50,057 nt of DNA from Bacillales bacterium UBA7057. Lineage in GTDB: Bacteria > Bacillota_I > Bacilli_A > RF39 > UBA660. This document shows, one piece after another, positions 1 to 9,049 of this stretch; the first letter of the stretch is position 1, and each line of letters opens with the position of its first letter. The position numbers and the translations under genes were made by a program. The notes under the pieces are model-generated. The model searched no databases. It was not told where the DNA came from and worked only from the letters and a program-made list of their open reading frames with translations. The stretch is taken from contig DLAC01000039.1 in assembly GCA_002493865.1 (NCBI GenBank), positions 1 to 50,057 on the forward strand. The letters are read 5' to 3'.

Positions 1-314
1 TACTTTTAGTATTTAATGAAGGAAATTCTGAACGCCTAGAAGATCTAATTGGGGAGGATCCAGTCATGAGTGAATATGTAAGTGATGCTTTAGATGCATC
101 AGAGGATGAAGAAATCATTGGACTTTACGATAAAGAACTACACCAAGAAATGTTAAGAAACACAGAATTATATCATGCTGAAGAGGAAGGGAAGAAGACA
201 GAAAAAATAGAGATTGCAAAAGCGATGCTAAAAGAAAAGTTAGAGATTTCTCTAATTTCTAAGATTACTGGCTTATCGATTGAGGAAATTAATAAGATTT
301 CAGAGGCAAATTAA
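1..314 (+). CDS. Rpn family (PD-(D/E)XK nuclease-transposase-like) protein, 3' part; 5'-truncated by window edge
   Basis: Frame is open from position 3 (LLVFNEGNSERLEDLIGEDPVM...). C-terminus EEEGKKTEKIEIAKAMLKEKLEISLISKITGLSIEEI is the typical Rpn tail. Confidence 0.7.
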   Translation, partial: LLVFNEGNSERLEDLIGEDPVMSEYVSDALDASEDEEIIGLYDKELHQEMLRNTELYHAEEEGKKTEKIEIAKAMLKEKLEISLISKITGLSIEEINKISEAN

Positions 315-385
315 TATCTTAAAATTGACATCATTACAATGCAATCTCCGAAATAAGCTCATTGTCTAAAAAATATGAAACATAA

Positions 386-412
386 TAAAAAGCTCTTGTT
401 GTGAGCTTTTTA
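386..412. terminator. Bidirectional intrinsic terminator
   Basis: TAAAAAGCTC-ttgttgt-GAGCTTTTTA hairpin between convergent genes. Confidence 0.7.
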
Positions 413-1714
413 CTTTTTTATATGATTTTTTAAATTTTTTAAACCTCGATACATTTTAAAAGATATTTTGTATAAGTAATAGAATGGTCGATTGACAACT
501 AAGTCAAATTCACCGAGTAGTTCGACTACTTGTCCACCAAAATCTCTTTTAAATGAATAAAGACCAAATAATGGATTTTCTTCTCTAAAATCTCCTGTAA
601 TTCCATAAAAATTATAACGTTCATATTGATGCTCAATGGCGTATTTTACACCTTCCCAATGAACGGTATAGGCAGATTGAAATTCCATAAATTTTTGATA
701 GGATCCTCCTACTAAAGATAATACTTCGTTTCCATAGATTAAGAATAAAATTCCACCAAGAGGGATGATATCTCCATTTTCTTCCTGGAGTTTTTTCGTC
801 TTTTCAATGCGTTTTTGTAGTCGATTAATGTTATTTTGATTTTCTTTTTGTTTGGATTGATATTTTTTCTCATTCATCTTCGCTGGATTTTCTTTATATT
901 TCTTTTCTCGCTCTGCCATTTCTTTTTTGTTTTCATCCATCTCTTTCTCAAGTTCTTCTATTAGTTCCTTAGTATGAAGAAAAGCCACTAGTATTTTTAA
1001 AATATTATGGCTTCCACCTAGATGTTTATACATTTCTTGGTAATAACTTAGAGGACGATCAATAAATTCACGTCGTTCTCCCGTATGTGCCATGATGTCT
1101 TTAAAGAGTGGAAGTTCCTCTTCTGTGATTTCTCTCGTTCTGATACATTCACGTTCATTTTTCCTTAGAATTTGTCTTGTTTTCGGATCCATTTCTTTCA
1201 TGATATCTTCTACAGTGCGATTTTTTGTTGTCGTTGTAAAGATCCAACGAGGTTGTAGGGTGTCCTGCATTAAATTGAATCCAAAGTGCTTGTATCCAAG
1301 TTTGATTAAGTTGTCGAATGATTCTTGATTATCTTCTCCACCTTCTACAATCTGTCCATGAATATCTCGCTCTTTATATGAAACATAAGGATCAATTTTA
1401 ATGAATATTCCTTTTTCTTTTTTTACATATTCTTTTATTTTTTCAGTGAATTCTTTTAATAAATCGAAGTTTTGATAGTCAATTAAAAAACCTCTAGGTG
1501 AATAGAACATATTTCGTTTAATTGGAGTCATCTTTGATAATAGTAAGCATCCTGCTTTTACTTTTTCTTTATCATCAATGAGTCCCAATAAGTGATACTT
1601 CCACCCATTTTCTTCTTTTAATTCTCCCCATTCTTTGGTTTGGTGAAAACTGATTTGTGGGTGATTATCCGCAAAGTCTTTAAATTGTTTTGGAGTGAGT
1701 GTGATTAATTTCAT
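410..1714 (-). CDS. FemABX/MurM family peptidoglycan interpeptide-bridge aminoacyltransferase
   Basis: FHQTKEWGELK, YSPRG, FIKIDP, coiled-coil insertion, YNFYGITGDF, GLYSFKRDFGG..ELLGEFD. Confidence 0.9.
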   Translation of the reverse strand: MKLITLTPKQFKDFADNHPQISFHQTKEWGELKEENGWKYHLLGLIDDKEKVKAGCLLLSKMTPIKRNMFYSPRGFLIDYQNFDLLKEFTEKIKEYVKKEKGIFIKIDPYVSYKERDIHGQIVEGGEDNQESFDNLIKLGYKHFGFNLMQDTLQPRWIFTTTTKNRTVEDIMKEMDPKTRQILRKNERECIRTREITEEELPLFKDIMAHTGERREFIDRPLSYYQEMYKHLGGSHNILKILVAFLHTKELIEELEKEMDENKKEMAEREKKYKENPAKMNEKKYQSKQKENQNNINRLQKRIEKTKKLQEENGDIIPLGGILFLIYGNEVLSLVGGSYQKFMEFQSAYTVHWEGVKYAIEHQYERYNFYGITGDFREENPLFGLYSFKRDFGGQVVELLGEFDLVVNRPFYYLYKISFKMYRGLKNLKNHIKK

Positions 1715-1718
1715 GATT

Positions 1719-3002
1719 TCATCTCTTTCCTTTTCTTTTCGCTATATTTTTTACCATACTTCGGTAGAGTGGAACAAGTTTTGTAAAGATAAAATACATT
1801 GGTCGATTTAAAACATAATCAAATTCTCCACAAAATTCTACATAGTCTCCTCCAAATTTCTTTTTAAACTCGTGAAGGCCTAACAAGGGATTTTCTTTTC
1901 TTAAATCCCCAATGGTTCCGAATTGATCATAGATTTTAATTCCTTTATCATAGTAATATTTGATGTGTTCTTGGTAGGTTTTATAATTTGTGTAGGTCTC
2001 TGACAGAATATTATGATTTCCAGCATATAAAACCCATGCCTTGTTTCCATACTCGATAATGAAATGACCACTTAATGTGATAACATTTCCGTATTTTTTC
2101 TTATCTTCTTTATATTTTTCGATGTCTTTTTTTAACTTTTCAATTCTTTTTTCCATTTCTTGTTTTTTACTTTTTTCACTTTTACTTAAAGATTCTTTTT
2201 GAAGTGGAATTAAGTTATTTTCTAATTGGTTGATGGTTTGTTTCTCTAGTTTTACCATTTTATCTATATTTACTTTTCCCAAAAATAGGTTACAGGAATT
2301 ATCCTGATTCCAAATTTCATATAGGCTTTCGTAATAGCGCTCATTATGAGTGATAAAATCTTTTCTATTTTCCGTTAAAATCATTAATTGGTAGAAGGTG
2401 TCAATATCCTCTTTTTTTCCAATCGATACCTCTACTCCTAAGTCTTCTGCTTTTTTAATTCTTTGCTTGGTGGTTTTTGAAAAACCGGATTCTATTTTCT
2501 CCCATTCTTTTTCAAAATCAATCCGGAAAGTGTAACGGGGCTGCATTGTTTCGAAGTTTTTAGTGAAGCCTAAGTGACGATATCCGATTTTTTTTAAACT
2601 TTGAATGATATCTTTATCTTTTTCGCTGATGATTTCACCATCATTTGTCTCTTGATGATATATTAAATCGGGATCAATTTTAATAAAGATTGCCTTTTCT
2701 TGCTTCACATATTTTTTTAATTCTTTTGTGAATTCTTCTACTAAGGAAGTATCATGAAAGTCAATGACATATCCTCTTGGTGCATAAAAGTAACTAAAGC
2801 CAAACGGAAGTTTTTTCTCTAATAATAGTGCCGCTGCGACCAATTCTTTTTTATTATTTTCTAGACCAACATAGTGTGGTAGAAGTTTCTTTTCTTTCTT
2901 TGCAAATTCCCCCCAAGCATAGCTTTGAAGGAAATGTGATTTTTTATGATTTTTCACAAATTGTTCATATCTTTCTTTTTCTATCTTTTCTATAAAGTTC
3001 AT
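1719..3002 (-). CDS. FemABX/MurM family peptidoglycan interpeptide-bridge aminoacyltransferase (paralog)
   Basis: HFLQSYAWGEF, YAPRG, FIKIDP, MQPR, GLHEFKKKFGG..GEFD; start moved to MNFIEK (3002). Confidence 0.9.
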   Translation of the reverse strand: MNFIEKIEKERYEQFVKNHKKSHFLQSYAWGEFAKKEKKLLPHYVGLENNKKELVAAALLLEKKLPFGFSYFYAPRGYVIDFHDTSLVEEFTKELKKYVKQEKAIFIKIDPDLIYHQETNDGEIISEKDKDIIQSLKKIGYRHLGFTKNFETMQPRYTFRIDFEKEWEKIESGFSKTTKQRIKKAEDLGVEVSIGKKEDIDTFYQLMILTENRKDFITHNERYYESLYEIWNQDNSCNLFLGKVNIDKMVKLEKQTINQLENNLIPLQKESLSKSEKSKKQEMEKRIEKLKKDIEKYKEDKKKYGNVITLSGHFIIEYGNKAWVLYAGNHNILSETYTNYKTYQEHIKYYYDKGIKIYDQFGTIGDLRKENPLLGLHEFKKKFGGDYVEFCGEFDYVLNRPMYFIFTKLVPLYRSMVKNIAKRKGKR

Positions 3003-3184
3003 TCTATCACCATTTTTATTATACCACGTATTTAAAACTATAAAATTAAATAATTCATAAATCATTAGAAATATTGATTTTTACAATATGAAAAGATAAA
3101 GTATGGTATAAAGGCACTTTACTAAAAATCGTTTACATCATGAGAAAAGTGTGTTATAATAGGCCACCAAAAGGGAGTGATATT

Positions 3185-3853
3185 ATGACAAAAGAACAAA
3201 AAGCATTAATCGATGGTTTATCCTTAGAAAATCTTCAAACTATTGCATCTATTTTTAAAGATGATTCTAAGGAAGCACTTGATTACTTTAATGCGAGGTT
3301 AAGTAAATTAACGATGGATCATGAATGCTTACAAACAGCTTTAGAACTATCGAAAGAGGTTCCAATTTCTTATGCACCAACGCTTGGAATTAATTTTGAA
3401 AGAAAAGCATGGAAAGATTGTACTGTTTATGATTATTATCATATGGGTGAGGAAGAAAAGCCTGATATCTGTTTGTTTGGTCCTGCGAAGATTTCTAATT
3501 TAAATTGTGCTGTTAACTTTTTACTTCGTCATTTACAAAACAAAGTTAAGATTTGTAGAGAAAGTGATTTAAAAATTCCTTCAGGAATTGAAATTCTAAA
3601 TCAAGACCTAGAAGAAAAAAGAAAACTGGTAGAAGAACAATATGATGCGATTTATCAGGGTATCACGGATTCACTAGCTAATAATATTGATACTGAGTTT
3701 GTTTTTACTTTTAGAAAAACGGCTCCCGCGATTACTAGCCTTCTTCTTAGTTCTCGTCAGTCTAATCTGATTGAAATATTTGCAAGATACTCAGATTTAG
3801 AAGAATTAAAATCTAAGAACGGTAAATGTTATAGAAAATTTATTCGTAGGTAA
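3185..3853 (+). CDS. Hypothetical protein
   Basis: Long ORF; GGGAGTG RBS before ATG 3185; TGTTATAAT extended -10 near 3152; terminator follows. Confidence 0.7.
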   Translation: MTKEQKALIDGLSLENLQTIASIFKDDSKEALDYFNARLSKLTMDHECLQTALELSKEVPISYAPTLGINFERKAWKDCTVYDYYHMGEEEKPDICLFGPAKISNLNCAVNFLLRHLQNKVKICRESDLKIPSGIEILNQDLEEKRKLVEEQYDAIYQGITDSLANNIDTEFVFTFRKTAPAITSLLLSSRQSNLIEIFARYSDLEELKSKNGKCYRKFIRR

Positions 3854-3887
3854 ATCTAAGATTTTTAGAAAGTATATTTTTATAGTC

Positions 3888-3917
3888 AAAAGGACTCTAA
3901 TTGGAGTCCTTTTTTTT
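3888..3917. terminator. Intrinsic terminator
   Basis: AAAAGGACTC-taattg-GAGTCCTTTTTTTT. Confidence 0.75.
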
Positions 3918-3943
3918 CATGAAAAAAACTCCATATTGGAGTC

Positions 3944-4195
3944 TTACATTAAATTGTAACTGTTTGGATTGTAATTGGATGTTTGATTTTCACTAAATGG
4001 GGTCATGGTTGGCATATTATTTTCAATTCTAGATACTCTAGCGCGTAGTCTATTTACTTCTCTTTCTAGTGAAAAGATTCTATTTTCTAATCTCCTGATT
4101 TCTTGACTACAATTACAATTTGGCCTTCCTGGAATATTAAAATTTGGATTGAATCCCGGTTGCATCATGAATGATGGATCCATCGAATTATTCAT
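3944..4195 (-). CDS. Small Asn/Pro/Met-rich protein with short coiled coil, possibly spore-coat associated
   Basis: AAGGAG RBS on the minus strand; IRRLENRIFSLEREVNRLRARVSRIE coiled coil; CATATAAT mother-cell-sigma-like -10 upstream (inference). Confidence 0.55.
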   Translation of the reverse strand: MNNSMDPSFMMQPGFNPNFNIPGRPNCNCSQEIRRLENRIFSLEREVNRLRARVSRIENNMPTMTPFSENQTSNYNPNSYNLM

Positions 4196-4262
4196 AAAAC
4201 ATCTCCTTAAATAAATTCTTTCTTTATTTTATTATATGTTATATAATAAATACGGTGATATC

Positions 4263-4916
4263 ATGCGTCTTAGAAATGTAAAAAATAAGCAACAAATTAT
4301 GGATCATTCTTCTTATTTAGTGAAAAATCCAGAAAATTATCGTGGTAGTTGGAAGGAATATTTTAAAAATTCTCATCCAATTCATATTGAAATTGGTACT
4401 GGCAAAGGGAATTTCATTATTCAAATGGCTTTGAAATATCCGGAAATCAATTTCATCGGAATTGAAAAATACGATAGTGTCATTGCACGTGCCTTAGAAA
4501 AGATACCAGAGGGACTTCCGAATCTCTGTATGATTCGTAGGGATGCTTTACAGATTACAGATTTGTTTGATCATGAGATAGAAACCATTTATTTAAACTT
4601 TTCTGATCCATGGCCTAAGTGCCGTCAAGCAAAGCGAAGACTGACCAGTGAAGTTTTTCTAGAACAATATGAATCTATCTTTTCAATGGATGCTTTGATT
4701 ATTCAAAAAACAGATAATCAGGGTCTCTTTGAATATTCTCTTTGTTCTCTTAGTCAGCATGGTTATCAATTCCTAGAACTTTCTTTAGATTTACATCACT
4801 CAAAAGTAGAAGAAAATGTAATGACGGAATATGAAGAAAAGTTTTCTAGAAAGGGACAAGCTATTTTTTATGTAGTTGCCACAAAAAAATTGTCTAGTCA
4901 AAGAAAAAAAGATTAA
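4263..4916 (+). CDS. trmB: tRNA (guanine-N7)-methyltransferase
   Basis: MRLRN start, IEIGTGKG, GIEK, LNFSDPWPK, RRLTS, KTDN, MTEYEEKF. Confidence 0.95.
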   Translation: MRLRNVKNKQQIMDHSSYLVKNPENYRGSWKEYFKNSHPIHIEIGTGKGNFIIQMALKYPEINFIGIEKYDSVIARALEKIPEGLPNLCMIRRDALQITDLFDHEIETIYLNFSDPWPKCRQAKRRLTSEVFLEQYESIFSMDALIIQKTDNQGLFEYSLCSLSQHGYQFLELSLDLHHSKVEENVMTEYEEKFSRKGQAIFYVVATKKLSSQRKKD

Positions 4917-4970
4917 TTTTATTTTTCTTTGTGTGATAATTTGGTATAATAAATTTATAGTAGGTGAAAT

Positions 4971-5627
4971 ATGAAGAAATTATTTATCGTACTATCTTTA
5001 ACATTACTATTTAGTGGATGTTCTATCGTTCATATTAATGAACAATCCTATGAAGAAATTATCAAGGATATATTTACTCCAGATTTTCATTTGAAAAATG
5101 TATCTTTAGAGGGATATTCCTATTATTTGCCGAAAGGTGTTTTGTTAAAGAAAAATCATTTGCTGAATTCAGTTCTTTACTATAATCATCGCAAACTTTA
5201 TTTGTATGTAGATGCATTATCCTACTATCATCATGTAGAGAGTGATTATCAGGAAAATGAAGATAGTTATTATTCCTTAAAAATTGATCAGAATGGGAAA
5301 CAAGGGTACTTGGAAATTACCCAAATTTCTACAAAATATTTTGTAGAGTTCATGTATCATTATGCTAAAGTAGAGGCATATGTAGAGGAAGAAGATTTAA
5401 AGAAGACGATTACTCAGATGGCTTATATTTTAAATAGTATACAGTATCAAGATGTCGTTTTAGATACTTTGATTGGGGATCAGACTTTGGACTATAACGA
5501 AGAGAATTTTAATATATTCAAGCCAAAAAGAGAAGAGGGAAGTTTCCTAGATTATGAAGAGCAAGATCGTAATCAAGGGGAGCATTTAGACGAGGACCGT
5601 TTGGAAGTAGAAGATAAAGTAGAATAG
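4971..5627 (+). CDS. Putative lipoprotein
   Basis: MKK, hydrophobic stretch and LFSGC lipobox. Confidence 0.7.
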   Translation: MKKLFIVLSLTLLFSGCSIVHINEQSYEEIIKDIFTPDFHLKNVSLEGYSYYLPKGVLLKKNHLLNSVLYYNHRKLYLYVDALSYYHHVESDYQENEDSYYSLKIDQNGKQGYLEITQISTKYFVEFMYHYAKVEAYVEEEDLKKTITQMAYILNSIQYQDVVLDTLIGDQTLDYNEENFNIFKPKREEGSFLDYEEQDRNQGEHLDEDRLEVEDKVE

Positions 5628-5641
5628 GGAAGAGGTGCTTT

Positions 5642-6643
5642 ATGGGACTTTTAGAAAAACTAAAAAATACTTTTTTTGAAGAAGAGTATGTAGAAGTAGA
5701 TGAAGTAGAAAAACCGCAAAAAAATATAAAAAGGGAAATGGCTCCTGTTGCAAGAAAGATAGAACCAGTTGAAAGAGAAGAAGTAAAAGAATCTGAAGAA
5801 ACAGCTTCTACCATGGAACTTGCGAAGGTAACTGCCGAATTAGCAATTGAAAACCAAGCGGATACAGAGTTACTTAAAACAGAGACTGAAATTCCTTATT
5901 TTGAGGACGAAGACTTTGTAGAATCCACTCCTTACATGGAAGAAGATAAGGCATATGGAGGAAATACTTCTGATATCTATGAGCATCTAGATTTAGATTC
6001 TAATGGGTATGAGGGAAGACCTTATGAAGGAACAAAAGAAGGAAAATCAACATTTAAGCCGACTCCAATTATATCTCCAATCTATGGTATTTTAGATAAG
6101 AACTATCGAAAAGAAGAAGTCATTGATAAAAAGGATCGACCTAGTAGTTATGTATCTAGGAAAAATGTAGACTTAGATTTTGTTAGAAATAAAGCCTTTG
6201 GTGGATTAGAAGAAGATTTAAAAAATTTGAATTTTAATTCTAAAAAAGAAGAAACTCCAGATGTTTCTGAAAGTGAAGAACAAGAAAATGGATTACTCTA
6301 TGATATGACAGAAACCGATGGTACACCTTCTGTTGATAAAGTAACTTTAGCTGATGCAGAAGAATATTTTGAGGATTTGGGGTTAGAATATAATATAGAC
6401 TATACAGATATTCGACATGAGAGACTTACTGGTAGACGTAGTCGTACTTCTAGAGAAGAAGTGGCAGATTCACTTCCACAATCCCAAGAATCAGAAGAAA
6501 AAGACGATGTAAAAGTAAATATTAATATCAATATCAATGATGGGGAACCTGAAGAAGAACAGCAGGAACCTCCCAAAGAAGAAGCAAAATTAGAGGATAA
6601 TCTTTTTGATTTAGTAGACTCTATGTATGAGGAAAGGGAGTGA
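5642..6643 (+). CDS. Acidic, largely low-complexity hypothetical protein with FKPTPIISPIYG motif
   Basis: 333-aa ORF, GAGG RBS, Glu/Asp-rich. Confidence 0.7.
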   Translation: MGLLEKLKNTFFEEEYVEVDEVEKPQKNIKREMAPVARKIEPVEREEVKESEETASTMELAKVTAELAIENQADTELLKTETEIPYFEDEDFVESTPYMEEDKAYGGNTSDIYEHLDLDSNGYEGRPYEGTKEGKSTFKPTPIISPIYGILDKNYRKEEVIDKKDRPSSYVSRKNVDLDFVRNKAFGGLEEDLKNLNFNSKKEETPDVSESEEQENGLLYDMTETDGTPSVDKVTLADAEEYFEDLGLEYNIDYTDIRHERLTGRRSRTSREEVADSLPQSQESEEKDDVKVNINININDGEPEEEQQEPPKEEAKLEDNLFDLVDSMYEERE

Positions 6644-6648
6644 AATGA

Positions 6649-6951
6649 ATGGAATCATTGATGGAGTTTTTTCCAATTGCCCTATACTGCTTAGCGATTG
6701 CTTTGATTATTCTATTAATGGTATTTATTGTAAAACTAATGAATACAGTAGATAGAGTGAATCGAATTCTAGAAGATGTGGAAAGAAAATCAAAATCACT
6801 CAATGGATTATTTCAAGTAATTGATGGTGTAACCGATACCTTATCTGTATTTACAGATTCAATTGTATCTGGGGTTACTAGTGTGATGGGAATGATATTT
6901 CCAAAAAGAAAAAAAAGAAAAAAAGAAAAGGAGAATGAAGATTATGAGTAA
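6649..6951 (+). CDS. DUF948/YtxG-like membrane-anchored protein
   Basis: N-terminal TM helix then amphipathic helices; adjacent to ytxH-like gene as in Bacillus. Confidence 0.65.
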   Translation: MESLMEFFPIALYCLAIALIILLMVFIVKLMNTVDRVNRILEDVERKSKSLNGLFQVIDGVTDTLSVFTDSIVSGVTSVMGMIFPKRKKRKKEKENEDYE

Positions 6952-7384
6952 AGAAAAGAAAGAAAAAAAGACAAAAAAAGGTGGAACTGGTAAGTTTATA
7001 TTAGGTGCAGCCGTAGGTGCTGGTCTTGGAGTTTTATTCGCTCCAAAAGCAGGAAGTGAAACTAGAAAAGATTTAAAAAAGAAGTTTGATGAATTAATTA
7101 AAAAAGCAAAAGAAATCGATGTAGATGAAGTGAAAGAAGATATTCAAAATAAGATTGAAGAAATCAAAGCGGAACTTGCGGATCTTGATAAAGAAAAAGT
7201 ATTAGAAATTGCTAAGAAAAAGGGGAATGATATCAAAGAAAGCTGTGAACAACTAGTTCAAATGGCAATTGATAAAGGAACTCCTGTTTTAGAAAAAGCC
7301 GCTAATGAAGTACGTGAGAAAACCATTGAAGCAGTGAGAGAAGTTTTAGAAAAATTAGAAGGAAAAGAGAAGAAAGAAAAATAG
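6944..7384 (+). CDS. YtxH-domain protein
   Basis: FILGAAVGAGLGVLFAPKAGSETRKDL signature. Confidence 0.85.
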   Translation: MSKEKKEKKTKKGGTGKFILGAAVGAGLGVLFAPKAGSETRKDLKKKFDELIKKAKEIDVDEVKEDIQNKIEEIKAELADLDKEKVLEIAKKKGNDIKESCEQLVQMAIDKGTPVLEKAANEVREKTIEAVREVLEKLEGKEKKEK

Positions 7385-7504
7385 TAAGGATTTGCTGAGA
7401 ATTAAATGCTTTTTGACTTATATAAAATAAAGAAAAAGTTTTTAGAGAAATCTTGGCTTTTCTTTTTTTTTGTGTTAATATAGTGTTATATTGAAATTAT
7501 TCAA

Positions 7505-7713
7505 TGAAAGAAAATGTTTGAGTAGTTATTTTTTATTTGTAGTAGAGAGTTCGTGGTTGGTGAAAACGAATCTAGAAGAAGTAATGAATTACACCATTTT
7601 TAGTTGAAACGGGTCATTCCGTTAAAGATTCAAGTGGATAGATGATATCTATCAATTAAGGTGGTACCGCGATTTTTTCGTCCTTATGGAAGAAATTTTC
7701 GCGTTTTTCTTTT
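7505..7713 (+). ncRNA. T-box riboswitch leader (Tyr specifier)
   Basis: AGAGAG..GGTTGGTGAAA stem I, GAATTAC specifier loop with UAC (Tyr), T-box AATTAAGGTGGTACCGCG at 7654-7671, antiterminator partner CGTCCTT, terminator ending CGCGTTTTTCTTTT; upstream of tyrS. Confidence 0.9.
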
Positions 7714-7804
7714 GAAGGAGTGAAACTATGAATATCAGAAAAAATATACGAATATTAAATGTAACAGAAGAGGAAAATAATAGTATCAACAAGGAGGAGA
7801 GAAT

Positions 7805-9028
7805 ATGAAACTATATGATGAATTGGTATGGAGAGGATTAGTACAAGATATTAGTGACAAAAGCTTAATTGAAAAATTAAATCAAGGAGGATTAACCTTT
7901 TATATTGGGACAGATCCTACTGCAGATTCTATGCATATTGGACATTATTCTTCCTTTTTGATTTCAAAAAGACTTGCGAAGGCTGGACATCATCCGATTC
8001 TTTTAGTAGGTGGCGCTACAGGTTTAATTGGGGATCCAAAGCCTACGAGTGAACGACCAATGATTTCGAAAGAAGAAGTGGCTCATAATTTTGAAGGATT
8101 AAAGAAACAGGCAGAGAAGATTTTCGGATTTGAAGTTGTGAATAACTATGATTGGACAAAAGATATTAATGTAATTGATTTTCTAAGAGATTATGGAAAG
8201 TACTTTAATGTAAATTATATGCTTGCCAAAGATAAAGTAAAATCTAGAATTGAATCTGGTATTACTTATGCAGAGTTCTCTTATATGATTCTACAGGCCT
8301 TAGATTTCTTACATTTATATCAAACAAGAAACTGTGTATTACAGGTTGCAGGTAGTGATCAATGGGGAAATATCACTTCTGGTATTGAACTCATTCGTAA
8401 GAAGCTTGGCAAAGAAGCTTATGGTATGGTAATGCCATTAGTGACAGATTCAAATGGAGTAAAATTTGGTAAAACAGAAGGAAATGCTTTATGGCTTGAT
8501 AAAGAAAAGACTTCTTCCTATGAACTTTATCAATATCTAATTAATCTAGAGGATTCTATGATTATTCAGTATTTAAAGATGTTAACATTCCTTACAAAAG
8601 AGGAAATTGAGCAAATTGAACAGTCACATAAAGAGCATCCTGAATTAAGAGAAGCACATCAAGCGCTAGCGAGAGAAATTATTACAGATCTTCATGGAGA
8701 AGAAGAATATCAAAAGGCAGTGGAACTTAGTAAAGTATTATTTAGTGGAGATGTTCGTAATTTAACTTCGAAGGAAATTGAAATTGTATTTAAGTCAATG
8801 CCAACATTTTCTTTAGAAAATGAAATAAATATTATTGATTTATTAGTAAATAATGGTATAGTAACTAGTAAGAGGGAAGCTAGGGAGTTAATATCTAGTA
8901 ATAGTATTACATTGAATGGTGAAAAAGTATCTTCGATTGATCAAATGGTTACGAAGAAGGATGCGATTGATTCAAAATATATTATTATTAGACGTGGTAA
9001 GAAAAAGTATTATTTAGGAAAATTTTAA
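7805..9028 (+). CDS. tyrS: Tyrosine--tRNA ligase
   Basis: DPTADSMHIGH, GSDQWGNI, KFGKT, C-terminal S4-like domain with RRGKK. Confidence 0.97.
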   Translation: MKLYDELVWRGLVQDISDKSLIEKLNQGGLTFYIGTDPTADSMHIGHYSSFLISKRLAKAGHHPILLVGGATGLIGDPKPTSERPMISKEEVAHNFEGLKKQAEKIFGFEVVNNYDWTKDINVIDFLRDYGKYFNVNYMLAKDKVKSRIESGITYAEFSYMILQALDFLHLYQTRNCVLQVAGSDQWGNITSGIELIRKKLGKEAYGMVMPLVTDSNGVKFGKTEGNALWLDKEKTSSYELYQYLINLEDSMIIQYLKMLTFLTKEEIEQIEQSHKEHPELREAHQALAREIITDLHGEEEYQKAVELSKVLFSGDVRNLTSKEIEIVFKSMPTFSLENEINIIDLLVNNGIVTSKREARELISSNSITLNGEKVSSIDQMVTKKDAIDSKYIIIRRGKKKYYLGKF

Positions 9029-9049
9029 AATAAAAGTGAGGTGAGTTTT

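Noticed and set aside
410-3002. Tandem FemABX genes as a novelty
   Set aside because: murMN/femAB-type pairs are common; informative only for cell-wall type.
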